Below are positions 13,790 to 35,428 of a stretch of DNA of 64,000 bases, piece by piece. The notes under the pieces are model-generated. The model saw only the letters and a program-made list of their open reading frames with translations. It was not told where the DNA came from and made no database searches. The translations under genes were made by a program, and so were the position numbers. The first letter of the stretch is position 1, and each line of letters opens with the position of its first letter. The DNA is from the human T2T-CHM13v2.0 reference genome, Homo sapiens, in assembly GCF_009914755.1 (NCBI RefSeq), contig NC_060925.1, one strand, 5' to 3'.

Positions 13790-15455
13790 AACAGCCTCGA
13801 AGGGCATATAACATTAAGACAAAGAGACACAGTGGACAGAAACGATGATGAATCAGGGGAAACACTGTTCAGCAAGACCTACAAAATGGAATGGAGAAAT
13901 GTTTATTCTCTTAAACTGGTATATATGAAGGACTTGTGGGGAGAACCTTCTTTTTGTTGAGAAGATGCCTTGCTAAGTACCACAGGGAAAAATATCTGAG
14001 TCTGAAGGGCTTTACACTGAGTGGAAATGTCTCATATTTGGCAAGAGGGAGGATTTGCTTGTTGCTCCAGAGATGGAAAGAGAAAGATGTGAAAAAGTGA
14101 AAGCAGCACCTAAAGACAAGGTGTCTTATTCAACTAAATGAAAAGCAACCACGGGAGAATGACTGGCAGCCGAGCCTAGGAAAATAGAAGAAACTTTCTT
14201 TGTTGTTTCTGAAAATTCCAACCAACTCTAATTGCTTTTGTCAAGTTACTTGGTTTGTTTTTTAATTTGCAAAAACATCGTCATCATCGACAACAGCAGC
14301 AGCCGCTCTTCAGCCCCCAAATGAATATTGCTGAAAATAGATAGCGGTTTCATCTCTTACCTGCCTTGAAGTCCTTTGCGGCCCCAGAAAAAAAAGAGAA
14401 AAAACTACATTGTCCACCTCACTGACATCTATCCCAGTATATTTCATACACTGGTCCTAAAATCTGGAAATTTAGCGAGTAGTTGTATAAGAAGTGGCTC
14501 CTTCCACTGAAAATCAGTTTGGGGAGAATCTTGTCAAAGCCAAATCCCTGTCTACATAAAATATGGTACCTCTGAGTTGAGGTTTTATTGGCTGAGTGCT
14601 GCATAAATGCAATAAAAGCTTTCAGTACTGTTTTCCTTGCAATAAATATCCACTTTAGCAAATTGGAAAGGAGAAGGAAACGGGGTTCTGGAAAGTAGAA
14701 ATATCTGTAACTCAGAACTCAGCATGGGTAGTCACTGTGCAAACCAGTGCAAGCTTAGGTTCAGAGCCCTGGAGCAGCCCGTTTGCAGCTGTCTTGTAAG
14801 AAGGTTCTGCACCAAAAGAGGCTGGCTGGACAGTCTGTCAAACTGGAGGGGTCAAGGCCAGTTCACTGCTGGAGGTCATCCTCCCTGTCCTCTATTCCCT
14901 TTGCATCTTTGCTGAAATGATCACCCAGAGATGCTGATGGGTTTGTCAAGTCCCAATGTCAGCCTGAGACAGTATAAGCTGTTTGCTTTACTAGCACAAA
15001 GTTAACATGCATCATTACCTTCAATGTAGCCAGTGGCCTTTCGAGTGAAGAAGTCTTGGGGATCCCACTCACAAGCTGGGATGCCCCCCCCTGCCCACGG
15101 AAGGATATGAGAGGCTGCTCAGCTGTTGCCACTGAGGAGATTTCATGACTTCCCTGTGTGTGCATAAAACACACACCCTCTGTCATACACAAACTCCTCT
15201 CTCTCTCACACACAGGACAGGAACTGTCATCATCCAGAAATATGGTGACCTCTCCCCTAAAAAATTAGCCCATTTGTAATTTGGGAGAAGAAAGGATAGG
15301 TTGCTGGGGAGAGGTGACTGAACTACAAATACTCTCAGTGGCAGAAGGACAATGAAAAGTTGTCCCCTCAGGCACAATCAGTTTTAGGGACGGGCCGAGC
15401 TGAGAGGGTCTTTGATAGGAAAGAAGGCCAGGCTGGGAAGCATGAGTTTCCTTAC

Positions 15456-15558
15456 CTCCTCTCCCACCTCGATGTCTCGGACTGCTCGCAGTAAGAGGTG
15501 GGGCCCATTGAACACAATCGAACAGTTGGGGTCACAGCTGTGATTGAGCAAAGAGATA
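15456..15558 (-). CDS. SMYD3: SMYD3 coding exon (exon 7, 103 nt): (S)ISLLNHSCDPNCSIVFNGPHLLLRAVRDIEVGEE
   Basis: Strong acceptor (cttccccccttttttttttccag|) and donor GAG|gtaagg. Encodes the NHSCxPN SAM-binding signature of SET domains. Confidence 0.97.
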
Positions 15559-15914
15559 CTGGAAAAAAAAAGGGGGGAAGACTGTCACAGCTCAGCAGGT
15601 AGAGTCAACTAAATTTAACAAATGCAGTGGGTAAAATACACCTTCCTTTGGGGGGCAGCAGCAGGTAGGGTTGACAGGACGCCAGGGGTTCAGTACTCGG
15701 GGATGCATTCACAGAAATGTCACTAGCACACCTCCCATGAAGTGCAATTCTCCCCAAGATGCAGGCTAACTAGGGAATTCCGTCATTTAATAATAAAAAA
15801 ATTTCCTGAGTCCTTTTTGGGGATTGGGGCATAGTTGACTGATTAGATAACAGTCAATAAGGCAACCCAACACGAAGGTCAGAAAGAAACTGACTCAGAA
15901 AGAAATACTTAGAC

Positions 15915-16306
<392 letters not shown>

Positions 16307-16489
16307 CTAGAACATCCACACTGAAAAATAATTAGGACTATTTGCTCTTAAATAGAGAGCTGACGTTATTTTGCCACCTACATCCTGATGCATCCTGGGC
16401 CATGGTCCAGTCATTTTATTACCTTGGAGGGACATTTCTTACCATCTGGGAAACAAAATGGATTTAAGCTGCTATCAGGAATTGGTAAT

Positions 16490-16715
16490 AATTAGAATGA
16501 GCACTTACTATGTAGAAACACTTTCTTGCACTTGAGCATGTTCATCACATTTAATCCTCACAACAATCTTATGAGGATCATTTACAGGTAAAGAGACTGA
16601 TGCACAGAAATTAAATGACTTGCTCAAGGACATACAGCTAGTAAGTGGTGATGGAATTTGGACCAGGTGGCCTGAACGCAGAGCCCATGCTTTGAATCAT
16701 CCTATGTTACTGCCT
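16490..16715 (-). mobile_element. MIR
   Basis: atttaatcctcacaacaa...tgacttgctcaaggacatacagctagtaagtgg core. Confidence 0.85.
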
Positions 16716-17395
16716 TTTGAGAACCACCTACCAGTAGACCTGACCTACAGTTAATGACAATTGTGAGAAATAAGAAAAAAGGCTGAATTCTTAGATTCAC
16801 AATTATTAGAAAGTCTAAATTTGTATTTGGACTCTTATGGCATAAAAACAAAATGAAACTGGGTGTGCCTATAGTGCTTGTGGAGAGACGGTTTCATAGC
16901 TCAGTGGTAAGAGTCAGCTCAGCAATAGCTGGAGAGAGCATTCAGGGGCCAAAGCCTGAGAGTTTTCTTGCCTCCTTGAGTGAAAGGGCTCAGAGTGTGC
17001 CAACTCGAAAGACAACATGAACCCAACTGATACGTACGGCAAGTCCGGTGAAATCAGCATGTGCTGCAGCTCAGGAAACTGGGGAATAACCAAAAATCAG
17101 CCCGATGGTTAATTAGCACCCACCGTCCTCAACTTCTTCACCCAAAGTCCCCCTGAGAACAAGAGTTTAGTTCTGAGATCTGCCCCTTTGTTAATATCAC
17201 AGCATATAATGTGGGGTTATAAAACTGTTTTCTTTCAACTTAACATTTTCCATTTTTTTGTAATTTATTGCTAAGTTTTAAGCTTGGCTCTTGAACAAGC
17301 TGCAGCAACTGCCTTTCTAACTACCTCCAAAGGGCTGGGGATTTGGGTGGGAATGAAAGTGTGTCTTCCAGTACATGAAGTACCATACACCATAC

Positions 17396-17463
17396 CTGGG
17401 ATATAGGCCAACACCAACTTCCTGCATCTCCGCATTACAGATGGTGAAAGAGTTGCAGATCAC
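17396..17463 (-). CDS. SMYD3: SMYD3 coding exon (exon 6, 68 nt): VICNSFTICNAEMQEVGVGLYP(S)
   Basis: Acceptor cccttgtgtttacag| and donor CAG|gtatgg. Ends in phase 2, matching the next exon. Confidence 0.97.
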
Positions 17464-18224
17464 CTGTAAACACAAGGGGAACCATCAGTATTACTAGAGT
17501 CACTTAAGAAACTTCATAGCCAAGAGAATAAAAAACGTTCAAACCCAAATGTAGGAGCATCTTAGTAGTTGCTTAAGAAAGAGCCAAGCCAATCATGGAT
17601 GCTCTTTGACTTACAACAGAATTTATCTGGGATATACTCCCCCTAAAAACATCAGGTGGTTAAGTGCAGAAATACCAACCTCCTGGGAGAAAAAAAAAAA
17701 AACAGACGGAAACCAGCAGAGGAACCATTAATTTCAGTCTCATTATCCACTACCCCAAAGTTACAGTTACATGAACTGTTCAAAATCCAGAATATGAATA
17801 AGCTATTTATTGAAAACTAGACTCCTGCTGTATCACGATTTTTTCAAACTGCATGCAGTTTCCAAACGCCACTGTGTATCTGTTCAGTGATAGCAACTTG
17901 TCTCTTACTCCTACAGAAAGCGAAGTATCCCGTGACTGAGCCTGTCGTCTGATGCGTGTTGGTGAAGACCACAGGGAGCACTGGAGGTCATTTAGTCAAG
18001 CCATGGTATTTACCAGGAGTCCATCACTGGGTACATGACACAGTCCTGTCTTATGCAGGGACGGAGCAGAAGCAGTAAAAAACACAATCGACTGTGCTCA
18101 AGGAACTTAAAAACCTCGTTTGTGAAATAAGGTTGATGTATGAGGTCACACAGAACCATGGAAAGAGCACTGGACCAGAATCAGGAAATCTAGATTCTGG
18201 CTAAAATCACTGCTTCAGACAGGT

Positions 18225-19135
18225 GCGAGGAAAAGAGCAGTGAAGAAAAACAAAACAAAAGTTCCTGCCTCCGTGGAGCTCAAGTTCTAGTTGAATACAC
18301 AGATTTTTTAAAAAACCCAATGATAGAAAACTGTCACATGTAGATAAATGCCAAGGAGAGAAACAAGGTCCTTACAGAGAAAAAAAGTTGTCAAGAAAGC
18401 TCTTTAGGATGAGTTGACATTTAAGCAACGACCTGAAGGGACTGCTGAAATGAACGTGTGTATTTATAGGCGATAAAGGCTCATATCAGGAGAAAGAGCA
18501 AGTGCAAAGGCCCTACGCTAGGAATGCCCGTGGTAACAGAGGAACAGCAAAGAGGCTAGTGTGACCAAAGCGGAGCAAGAAAGTAGGGGGCAAAACACGA
18601 GCTCAAAGACGGAGTGGGATCACTTACGGCCCTACTGCCATATTTGGGTTTTGCTCTGAAGAAGATAGAAAGCCACTGGATTTTGAGCCAAGGCATGAAG
18701 GAGTCTGACTTCTGCTTTAAAAGGATCATTCTGGCTGTTGTGTAGAGAATGGGCTATAAAAAGGTGAATGGAAGTGGAGAAAATGGTTAGGAAGTCACTG
18801 CTATAGCCCAGGTGATAGACAATGGTGACTCGGATGTCGGTAGCAGGAGAACTGGGTAGCACAGCCAACAGGCCTTACTTACTGCGGGACGGCTTGTGGG
18901 GAATGAAAGGAGTCAGGATAATGCTCGAGTTTTTGGCCGAAGCAAGTGGAAGATCATAGCTACCATTTATTAAGATGAGGAAGAATTTAACAGGAACAAA
19001 TTTGGTTACAGGGAGTTGAGAGCAAGTCCAACAGTTCTGTTTTGGTTAAGTTAAATTTGAAATCCAAGCCAAGACTAAGAATGAACAATTGGAGTTCACA
19101 AGAGGAGTTGCGCCTAGAGATATAAATTTAGGATG
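18225..19135 (-). mobile_element. L2 fragment
   Basis: aagtgcaaaggccct...ttttaaaaggatcattctggctg...cccaggtgatagacaatggtg. ORF 18632..18868 retains the L2-like TIVYHLGYSS. Confidence 0.85.
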
Positions 19136-20089
19136 AAACATGACAAAGGCCATCAAAAAACAAAAAAAGGAGAAGAGGCTAAACATTTGAGATGAACCAG
19201 AGACTACAAATGGATGCTGACTTGTTATAAAGTTTCTGTAAAGGAAAAAGTGATGACGAATTTCTCAAATCAGGTTTACATGAAAGAACACGAAGTATGA
19301 AAACACACTGAGTCCTCTGAGACTCTTCCACTGCTCCAAACAGCTCTTACATGAAATCTAGTGCACTCTAGCATGATTTGGCTTTTTTCCCTCTAAATAT
19401 ATAAAATTGCAGTTTCAAATCAGGAGCAAAATTATACATATATATTTGTAAACAAATGCTAAATTGCTTTAAGGACAACTATTTTGCATTAAGCAGCAAC
19501 AGTACATTGTCTATATATACTTATGTATAAATTGGATGGTAAAAATATAAGACAGAAAGTCCTACGTTTAATTTTTGAAATTTTAAACATTTTTAAATGT
19601 GTATAATTTGGGAAGGGATACAAGTTTTAACAAATATTTTAAAGTATAATGAGAACTTTAGTTGAAATAATCCACCAACAAAAAAACCAGGTCAAACACA
19701 TCTGATCTGTTAACTTCTGAATCAAACCAGCATGGTTTTTTCCTGGACTATGAAGCAAATTAACGGTTTTTTCAAAATAGGAAAAATCTTTATCAGTTTT
19801 TTTCCATCGGTTTATTTCATGGATTCTGATGGAATGTTTAAGAAGGAAAAGCTAACAAGAGGAAATGTCAGCTTGCTTGTCTCTTCCACTGGGAAACTCT
19901 TCCTGATTTCCTAAGATGACTTCCCTCTTTAGCAGCATTTATCATACTGGATCATTATTTACCCATTTACTTGCCATCATACACAACTGGATCGTAAAAT
20001 ACTTGGGAGGGCAGACACAGTGTTTCATTCATCACTCTAGTCCTGTACCTGGCTCAAAGCCTGGCAAACAGAAGACACTAATAAATCTA

Positions 20090-20385
20090 TTTCCTTTTCT
20101 TAGAGACAAGGTCTCACTCTGTCACCCAGGCTGGAGTGCAGTGGTGCGATCATGGCTCACTGCAGCCTCGAACTCCGGAGCTCAAGTAATCCACCCTCAG
20201 AGCCTCCGGGGTAACTGGGACTACAGGCTGGCACCACCACCTCTGACTAATTTTTTAAAACTTTTTGCAGAGACAGGAGTCTTGCTATATTGCCCTGGCT
20301 GACCTTGCACTCCTGGCCTCAAGTGGTCCTCCCGTCTCGGCTTCCCAAAATGCAGAGATTACAGGAGTGAGCCATAGCTCCTGGA
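20090..20385 (-). mobile_element. AluJ
   Basis: gatcatggctcactgcagcctcgaactcc...cttgctatattgccctggctg. Confidence 0.9.
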
Positions 20386-22549
20386 TTTCATCTATATTAG
20401 TCTGAGTGTTACGTGTTAGTCTTTCTGGGCTAGTAAACAGAAGGTTTAGTTTTTTGCCTACTCTCACTTTTATTTAAAATGCTGGCTCCATCCAGCACTA
20501 TCTCAATTAACAACCTGACAGGAAATATTTTTGACATACACAACTGATAGCAACAGTGGATATGCAGAAGCTCTCTGGCTTTTTTTTAGTGCAAGAATAG
20601 GTAGATAATATGTCCATGTGTGCTCAATAATTTGAAAGGAATTGCTCTTTATATCAAGAATTAAAAGAATGGAAATAAAGCCCAGAAATAAAAGTTTAAA
20701 CATTTTTCAAAGTACTGTCTTTGTGAAAACAGTTTTCTTAGGGAATTGCACAGGTTAAAACAATTAATGAATGCTTACTTCACAAAAAGATAACATTTAG
20801 AAAAAAATATTAATGGTACTACTTCAATAAAAAATAAATGCAACTGGGTTAATGAATTCTTTCTAAAAATTAAGCTTGAGTATTACTTTAGAAATTTTTA
20901 CCATGTCTTAAAACTAAAACACATATTTAAATTGTTTTATTATTGAATGCAAAGTTATATTTACTTTTTGTAATTTTTCCTTTAAACTAATTGAAAGCCT
21001 TCATATATAATATTATAGTTTTTCTAGATGACAAAAATCTAGTGAGTTGTCATTGAGCCTCTGTATTTTATAAAAACAACTACAGTGAAACTTAAAATGT
21101 TCTGTGAACCAAATTCTTATGTCATTTGGTTCAGAGTCTAGGTCCAGAATCTGACATTTGTGTCCTGAGGTTAGCAATTCCCCGGTAGATTAGACACAAA
21201 TAGCAAAATCAATACCAACACACAAGGTGAATACCTTACAAAATGAGTGTATTACCATGTATTCAAATTTCACATTTTTCCTGAAATTCTTAGGACTAAA
21301 GGCTTTGTATTGTAGCAGCAGTTAAACTGAGATATTTGCAACACAAGAGAAAATCACTACTAAGCCATTATCTTGCAATGGTAAAAATCAGAACAGCCAT
21401 AAGCAAACTCACAACCAATCAGAGCTGAGTAATTCTACACCATAAGACAAGAACCCAGCCCCTTCCCAGCCCCCTCCCCCAATTACTGAATTCTACACAG
21501 CCTATTTCAAATAATACTTTCAATTTCCCAATATATATACAAATTTTAAAACACATTTAAAAAGAAGGGGATTCAGTTTCTGAACACAACTATACAGAGG
21601 TTTCCTCCAAGACCATCTGCATCTCCTTTAAAACTTTTCTGTCTAAAATGTTCAGTACAGTGTCTGGCACAGAAGACTTTAGGCACATCAAGTTTACTAA
21701 CTAGAGGGACTAAATATGAGTTTTCAAAACGGAGTTTAATGTACTTAGTTTTATTAAACCCTGGACAGAAAAACTGGAAGGAGGAAGAGTTGGCAGGTAC
21801 GAAAACCAGAAGCAGAAGCTTTTACACTACATAATTGCCTCTGCCCTCCGGCCCCCCGACTCCTAGAACTAATATTTCTCTAACTTTAAAAGCACAATAA
21901 GAATTTTAATCAGGGTATATTTTTCTCTACCCACAGAATATGACAGGTTATTAAGTACAGATTTTTTTCCAGAATCTTCTCATAAACCTTAAGAGATTAA
22001 AAATTGTATCTCCCAATCCCTCCTTATCTGTATGGCAAATATTTATCCATCCTTCAGGACCCAATTCAGTCCTTGCCTGTCCCATTGCCTCTTTTGGTCA
22101 CATAGTTAAAGGGTTTGAAATCTCCAAACCAGAACAGCGGGAGGGGACCAGGCTGGCGACGGAGGTCAGCTCAGGAGAGGAGAGGCTATACTTCTTAAAT
22201 GATGATTCGCAAATCCCAGAATCCACAAAGTGTTACCGGAAGGTTTACGAGAGTACAGGTGATTTCGGCATCTGTTTCAATTTCAATTAAAAAAAAAATC
22301 GATAATAGAAACAATGACCAACTACATTTCCCTTTGCCAGGAAGTTGCTGGAGGGTCTCAAGTTTTACCAGGGAGCATGCTGTAAGGTTGCGGGGACAAA
22401 GGCCCATGCTCACGACTTAGTCACTAAGCTGCATCTTCACTACACTGCTAGTCTTGCGACAGTTTGACATTATAGTTTTCCATTGTTTCTTAGTCACGTT
22501 ATTTCATTTGCAAACCTAATGGACCCCTGATTAAAGACAGAAGCAAGTA

Positions 22550-23700
22550 GGAGATATGACTCCAAAGCACAATGTAGACAAATGGGGTTGCATCAAACTA
22601 AAAAGCTTCTGCATAGCACAGGAAATGGTCAAGAAAGAGACAACCCACAGAGTGGGAGAAAGTATTTATAAACCATACAACGGATAAGAGGTTAATACCT
22701 AAAATATATAAGAAACTCAAGCAACACAATATCAAGAAAACAAACAACCCAATTTTAAAATGGGCAAAGGATTTGAGTAGACATTTCTCAAAAGAAGACA
22801 TATAAATGGTCAAAAGATTCATGAGAAAATGCTCAATATCACCAAATGCTCAATCATTAGGAAAATACAAAATAAAATCACAATGAGGTATCACCTCATG
22901 CCTGTTTCATCAAAAAGATGAAAGATAAACCTTGGTGAGGATGTGGAGACAAGGGAATTCCTGCACACTGGTGGAGTCTACATTAGTCCAGCCATTATGA
23001 AAAACTGTACAGAAGTTACTCGAAAACCTCAAAATAGAACTGCCATATAATCAAGCAATCCCATTTCTGTACTCAACTAACTAAAATAAGAGATATCCGT
23101 GCTCCCACTCTCACGTGCACTGCAGCATTTTTCACATTAGCTACGATATGGAATTGACCTAAGTGTCCATCAACAAATGGATCAAGAAAATGTAGTATAG
23201 ATACACAAATGGAGTAATATTCAGCCCTTAAAAAGAAGGAAATTCTGTCATTTGCAAGAATATGGATGAACCTGGAGGACAGTATGTTAAGTGAACTAAG
23301 CCAGGTACAAAAAGACAAATAATCCATGATCTCACTTATATGTGGAATATTAAAAAGTCAAACTCATAGTAATAGAGTATAATGGTGGTTACCAGAGGCA
23401 TGGGCTGGGGAGAGAAATGGGGAGATGTTGGTCAAAGGGTGCAAAGTTTCACCTTCTTCACAGGAGGAATAAGTTCTTGAGATCACCACAGCATGATGAC
23501 TACAGTTAATAATAAATTGTATATATATTTCAAAGTTTCCAAGAAAAAATTTCAAATGCCTCACCGTAAAAAATGACATGAGGTAAGGGATATGCTAAAT
23601 TAGCTTGATTTAATCATTCCACCTTGTATACATTTACCAAAAATTCACATTGTACTCTAAATATATACAATTGTTATTCGTTAATTAAAATTTTAAATAA
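22550..23700 (+). mobile_element. L1MA-like 3' portion
   Basis: aaactaaaaagcttctgc...tggatgaacctggaggaca...gcttgatttaatcattccac. Confidence 0.85.
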
Positions 23701-24136
23701 TTTAATAAGACAGAAAGCAAGGATGTTGAAAAACAAGGGAAAATACATAAAATGATAATTCTATAAATTTGTCTCAAGATGCTTTATATCATGACTTACC
23801 AGGCTGAAATTCTTATAGAGCATCTCAAGACATCTCTAATATTTGAAAAAATGTTAGGAGGAGAACATACACTGAATACGTAATCTTATTTTTTTTTTTG
23901 CAGATGGCGTGAAGACCACGAAAGTCCCCAGTGTGTGATTTGGAATGTGCTTGCACTTTGCTACCTAAAACCTTTCTTGTCTTATAATCGAGAAAAAGAA
24001 CATAGAAGTCATGAAATATAATCCAGCTGGTTTCTTAAAGAGTTAATTATAAGAATGTGAAGCATCAGGTCATGAAAGCAATATGCAACCTAAGGCCCAA
24101 AGCAATAATATTTCATTTAAAAATTTGTGTTGATTA

Positions 24137-24384
<248 letters not shown>

Positions 24385-26456
24385 TGTTGTGGTAATAATG
24401 TTTTTACAAAACTAATTTACAGCAGGTTAAACCATGCGATATCACGTGATAAAGGAGAAAACTAAAAATTTGTCTTTATATGCTATGATTATTAAAGATT
24501 TTACAAATTCACTTTGTAATACAAGTCAAGTAAAAAATAAAATAATAATATTATTTAAGAAAACTCTTTATCCCACCACACATGACAATATATTTGGGAA
24601 TTTGTCTTTCTAGACTGAGATACATCCAACTGTTTTCACAACTGCAGTGGTGTCTGTCCCATTTCAAGCTCTGGCCACAAATAAGTCTGCAGTGCACACT
24701 AGACACACAAAATCCTCAACAATCACTTGTCAAGGCTAAAATCAATATCAAGGCCAATATCATAAGGAATGGCAATCATAAAATTGTGCTTTCTATTTTA
24801 TCTCTCTCCCACAGTCAAACTGCCAAATGTTAGCAAATGAAGCCCCTTTAGATAACATGCTTTCTAAAATCCACAGATTTTCATTTTCTAAAAGCTTTAC
24901 TCACAACAGAACTTATAAACAACTATCCTTGCTAATAGCAAAATAGTCACATATTTGTCCACTGTTCCTTCCCTGAGGCTCTTACCTGGCATTTCACCTC
25001 CTTAAAGCCATCTGATGAAACAAGCACTTACCACAGATGTCTGTCAAATACGTAGAGAAGGTATAAAGCTCTGACACATCATTTTCATTGTTTCATTTTC
25101 TTCCCATATCCTGAGGCTCAGAAATTCTTCAATAATTTATTACAAGACATCATTATAGGTTTCCATAGCTCCACGGTCACATCTACCAATTTCATTTAGA
25201 TGTGCTCCTACCCAAAAGGTTTATCACAATGAACTGAACTTTCTCCCATGTATCGCACTTAAAGATTCTTTTGTTCAGCTTAAATCTTCAAAAACATTCT
25301 CTTCTATGATACTCTAGTTTCATTATTCTCTAAGTAAGTGGTGTGGAAATCCACCCCCAGCAGTACCAGGACGCCTCACTGTAATCTTACTCCCAGTACT
25401 AAATTCCTAAATCAAGTATGCTAGGTGCTGCATAGCACCTGACTGAAGTTGAATTAGATATGGCAGCGTGTGGCTCAAGTTATCTGTTTTTCCGTCAAAT
25501 TAATGGAGAAAAGGAAACTACAGAAAAACGTTACACGTGAAAGGTAAGACTGCACACTAATCAACTGCTTAAAGTAATCCCCAAATGAAAGATACAGTGC
25601 GTGCTGAGGTTCCTTTCACTATGTAGAAATTAAGGTGAATATTCTCTCCGGGTGAACTTTTGGCAGGCAAGGGTTTGCCATACCGATGATGCCTGACATC
25701 TCAGGGAGTGAAACCCAGAAGCAGGTATTTCACATGACAGTAGCTGAAGTGTGCATGACTCGTGTACAAGCTGTGCGGGCCCGCATGAAGGTATTTTGGG
25801 GACTAGTGCGTGGCTGTTTCTGGCAGCCAATGACAGGCTAGATGGGGAGCACCTTGGGGGGCCACTCCTTCTTTGGTTGCCCAAGCATGCCTGATCCCTG
25901 GATACAGCCCGATAACCTAGTGGGCAGGAGCCAGGGAAGAACAAACACAGATCAGACGAGAGAGAGTCACAACTTTAATTATGCAGTCAAGAGGCATCAA
26001 GAAATGAGTCTCTGAGGTCAGACAGCCCCTCTTTTGATCTCTCCAGGTATGCTCCTTTATTTTTGGAAATATAGAAAGAAATAAAAAAGGAAATTTATCA
26101 TGGCTTCATTCCAACTCCTACACTGTTCCTTTGTACAGAAGTAGCTCATAATTCTTCCCCTTCTTCTTCCAGACACTTTTATAGATGGCCAGATACACAA
26201 ATCAGACTGGTGGGATTTCAATGCAAGGATATCATTTGATCTTTTGTCTTCTCTTCTGGTACCATTTTTAACTAGTCACCATCATGAATACATAAATAGT
26301 GCCATTCCCAGCCTCTTTCCTGACCAGATTCCTGAGTTGGTAAGTAGCTAAAACACCAGCATACTGCCCCTACACCGCTTCAGTGAGTTGCTGCAGCAAT
26401 TTGCAAGGAAGGTTCCCCTTTCCTGACTCAAGAGTTCATCAGAATGTGAAGAAAAG

Positions 26457-26702
26457 AGGAGTTCAAGACCACCCTGGCCAACATGGTGAAACCCTGTCTC
26501 TACTAAAAATACAAAAATTAGCCGGGCGTGGTGGCCTGAGGCTATATTCCCAGCTACTCGGGAGGGTGAGGCAGAATCACCCGAACCTAGGAAGTGGAGG
26601 TTACAGTGAGCCAAGATCACACCACTGCACTCCAGCCTCGGCGACAGAGCGAGACTCCATCTCAATAAAAAAAATTAAAAAATAAAAAAATTTAAAAAAA
26701 AA
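26457..26702 (+). mobile_element. 5'-truncated AluS
   Basis: Begins at aggagttcaagacc. TSD AGAATGTGAAGA at 26441-26452 and 26703-26714. Confidence 0.9.
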
Positions 26703-26864
26703 AGAATGTGAAGATAATAGATAATTTAGAAAAGTAGATTAAACATATTTTCTTTTGTAATGGACATTGCTGAAAATACAGTTTGACAAACTCTTCTTAG
26801 CTAGTTAGCAGGACCCTCTTGACTAAGAAAGCATTATAGAAGTATCGGTTTAAAAAGATAGACA

Positions 26865-27182
<318 letters not shown>

Positions 27183-27449
27183 CTAGAGGAGACAGGCTGA
27201 CTGTTGGGTCCAGATCTGGTCCCCATCAACTTTTCTAGTCTCTTCTCTAGTGTCTGCCTTCTCATGTTTTCCTCTCAGTTTTCCTGTCTTCACACCTTCA
27301 TGTCTCTGCCAGGTGGAACAGTCCCACTGCTTAGAATGTTCTCCCCTCCTTCCTCTAGCTACTGAAATACCACTGGTCCCTTAAGAACGGTTCGAAAGTC
27401 TTTTCCTGTGGGAGGCCTTCATGTCATTGAAAAAGAAGAAGAGAGAGGG

Positions 27450-33648
<6,199 letters not shown>

Positions 33649-35428
33649 GGAAACAGCACAGCAATATTAAAGATAGTACTGCCTGAAATACCACAATTTA
33701 GGTTTTTTCTCTGAAGAGCCAGAAAGGAGATACAGGAAGAGCTGAATACAAGTGACAAAGAATCTGAACAGGAGAGGAGAAATGGTCTCAGAGTTGTTCC
33801 AAACTTACTTGTCCTCAAAGCTCTCCTCCACCACCTTCCTCCACCGCATGTGGAGGCCACCTAAAAATCACACCACTCAACACATTGTTTTCTATCAAAC
33901 AGGTCTTTACACTAAATCCCAAATATGTTGTCCATGAGAGGAACATCTGACGTTCCCACGCCACTCACGCCTCGAAGCACTTCACCTCACCTCTTCCAGT
34001 TCTCCAATCCCCTCACAAAGAAGCTATGAGTACAGTATCTTCATGAAAGAAAGGTAAGAGAACTCAACAGACGCTTCTGAGGCTACATGGTCCGATGTTC
34101 TCACGCATCAAGGAAATTTGGTCAAAATAACCTTTGCAGAAAACTCAGTTATGAAGGAAGTACGTACAGGCAGAGTGGGGAGGGGGTTAAGCTAAAGGTC
34201 GGGTCTGAAACACAGTGTTGTACACTAGACCCATCAGAAGGATAGATTTGTTCATTCATTAAGGGTCTATTATGTACCAAGCACAGCGCCAGGCACTAGG
34301 AAGAAAAGAGGAAAAATTGTCCCTTTTAATCATGTTGCTATTATTTCACCGCCCAAGTAAAACAAAAATGTAAAAAACTCCCCATTTCTCTCTAATTTTG
34401 ACAAATTTTAGCCTTCCTCAGCCAAAGATTATTTTCCTGACTATTGGCCATATTTCTTTGTTAAGTCACTCTGTCAAAACATAAGTTGCAATAATGCGGG
34501 GCAGCGTCGAATCTGCCAGATCAATTTAGAAACAAATGAGTCTGCTGCTCTTCCGTGGCCCTGGGAGGCGGGCTGGCCTCCACGTACTGTCAGATCGTCC
34601 ACAGGAAGAATTGCTGGGGATTACTGAAGACCAGCTGGGAAGCGTCAACTAAAATGGATGGCCTTTGAATTTTCCACTCTCCCATTGTCTAACTATAGCC
34701 AGCCGCCATTCCCAAATTAATGCCACAGAGAGAGAGATATTCTCTCCTAAGGCAGGCTGCAAAGATAAATCGGCTACAAAAGAGCAAGTAGCTAAAGGAA
34801 GAAACAGAAAATGAAGCCTTGGCACTCTGTCATGTGAATGTCACAGTATTTGCAGGAATTCATACACGGCACAACCAGAGACAGAATAGAAAAGTAAGCT
34901 TCCTTCCTACCCCGGTCCTCCTCCATATCCCCCCAAAACGAACCCAATTGTTTCCTGTTTTGTGAATGCCTTCTGCTACCCCATGTCACCGTATTTTAAA
35001 ACATCAGGGATTCAGTTGCTTTATGTGGGGTAAAATGTGTTAAATGTGCCTGCATTTCTAAACCATCGGCTAATGAGATTTTATTAGGAAGAGCCCAGAA
35101 ATAAATTACCAAAATTTACCAGAAAGCTATAAAATGGAGGGATTGTGAGGATTAAATGAGAAAATACATGTGGGCCTTGGAATGACTCAGGGCATATAGG
35201 AAGCTTAGTAAATGGTAGCAAGATCATAATTATTACCATAGTTCGATCAACTGTAAGACCCACTCAATAAACAGTCCACACCATTATGTTACGTACCACT
35301 AAGAAAAAACACTACCAATTAAACTGTCAGCCTGTGTATTATAAATCAGATATCTCAGAATTAATGAAATACAGTATCACTACATATACCTCTAGGTTTC
35401 CGGAAGTAAGTCACAGTGTACGTAACTA

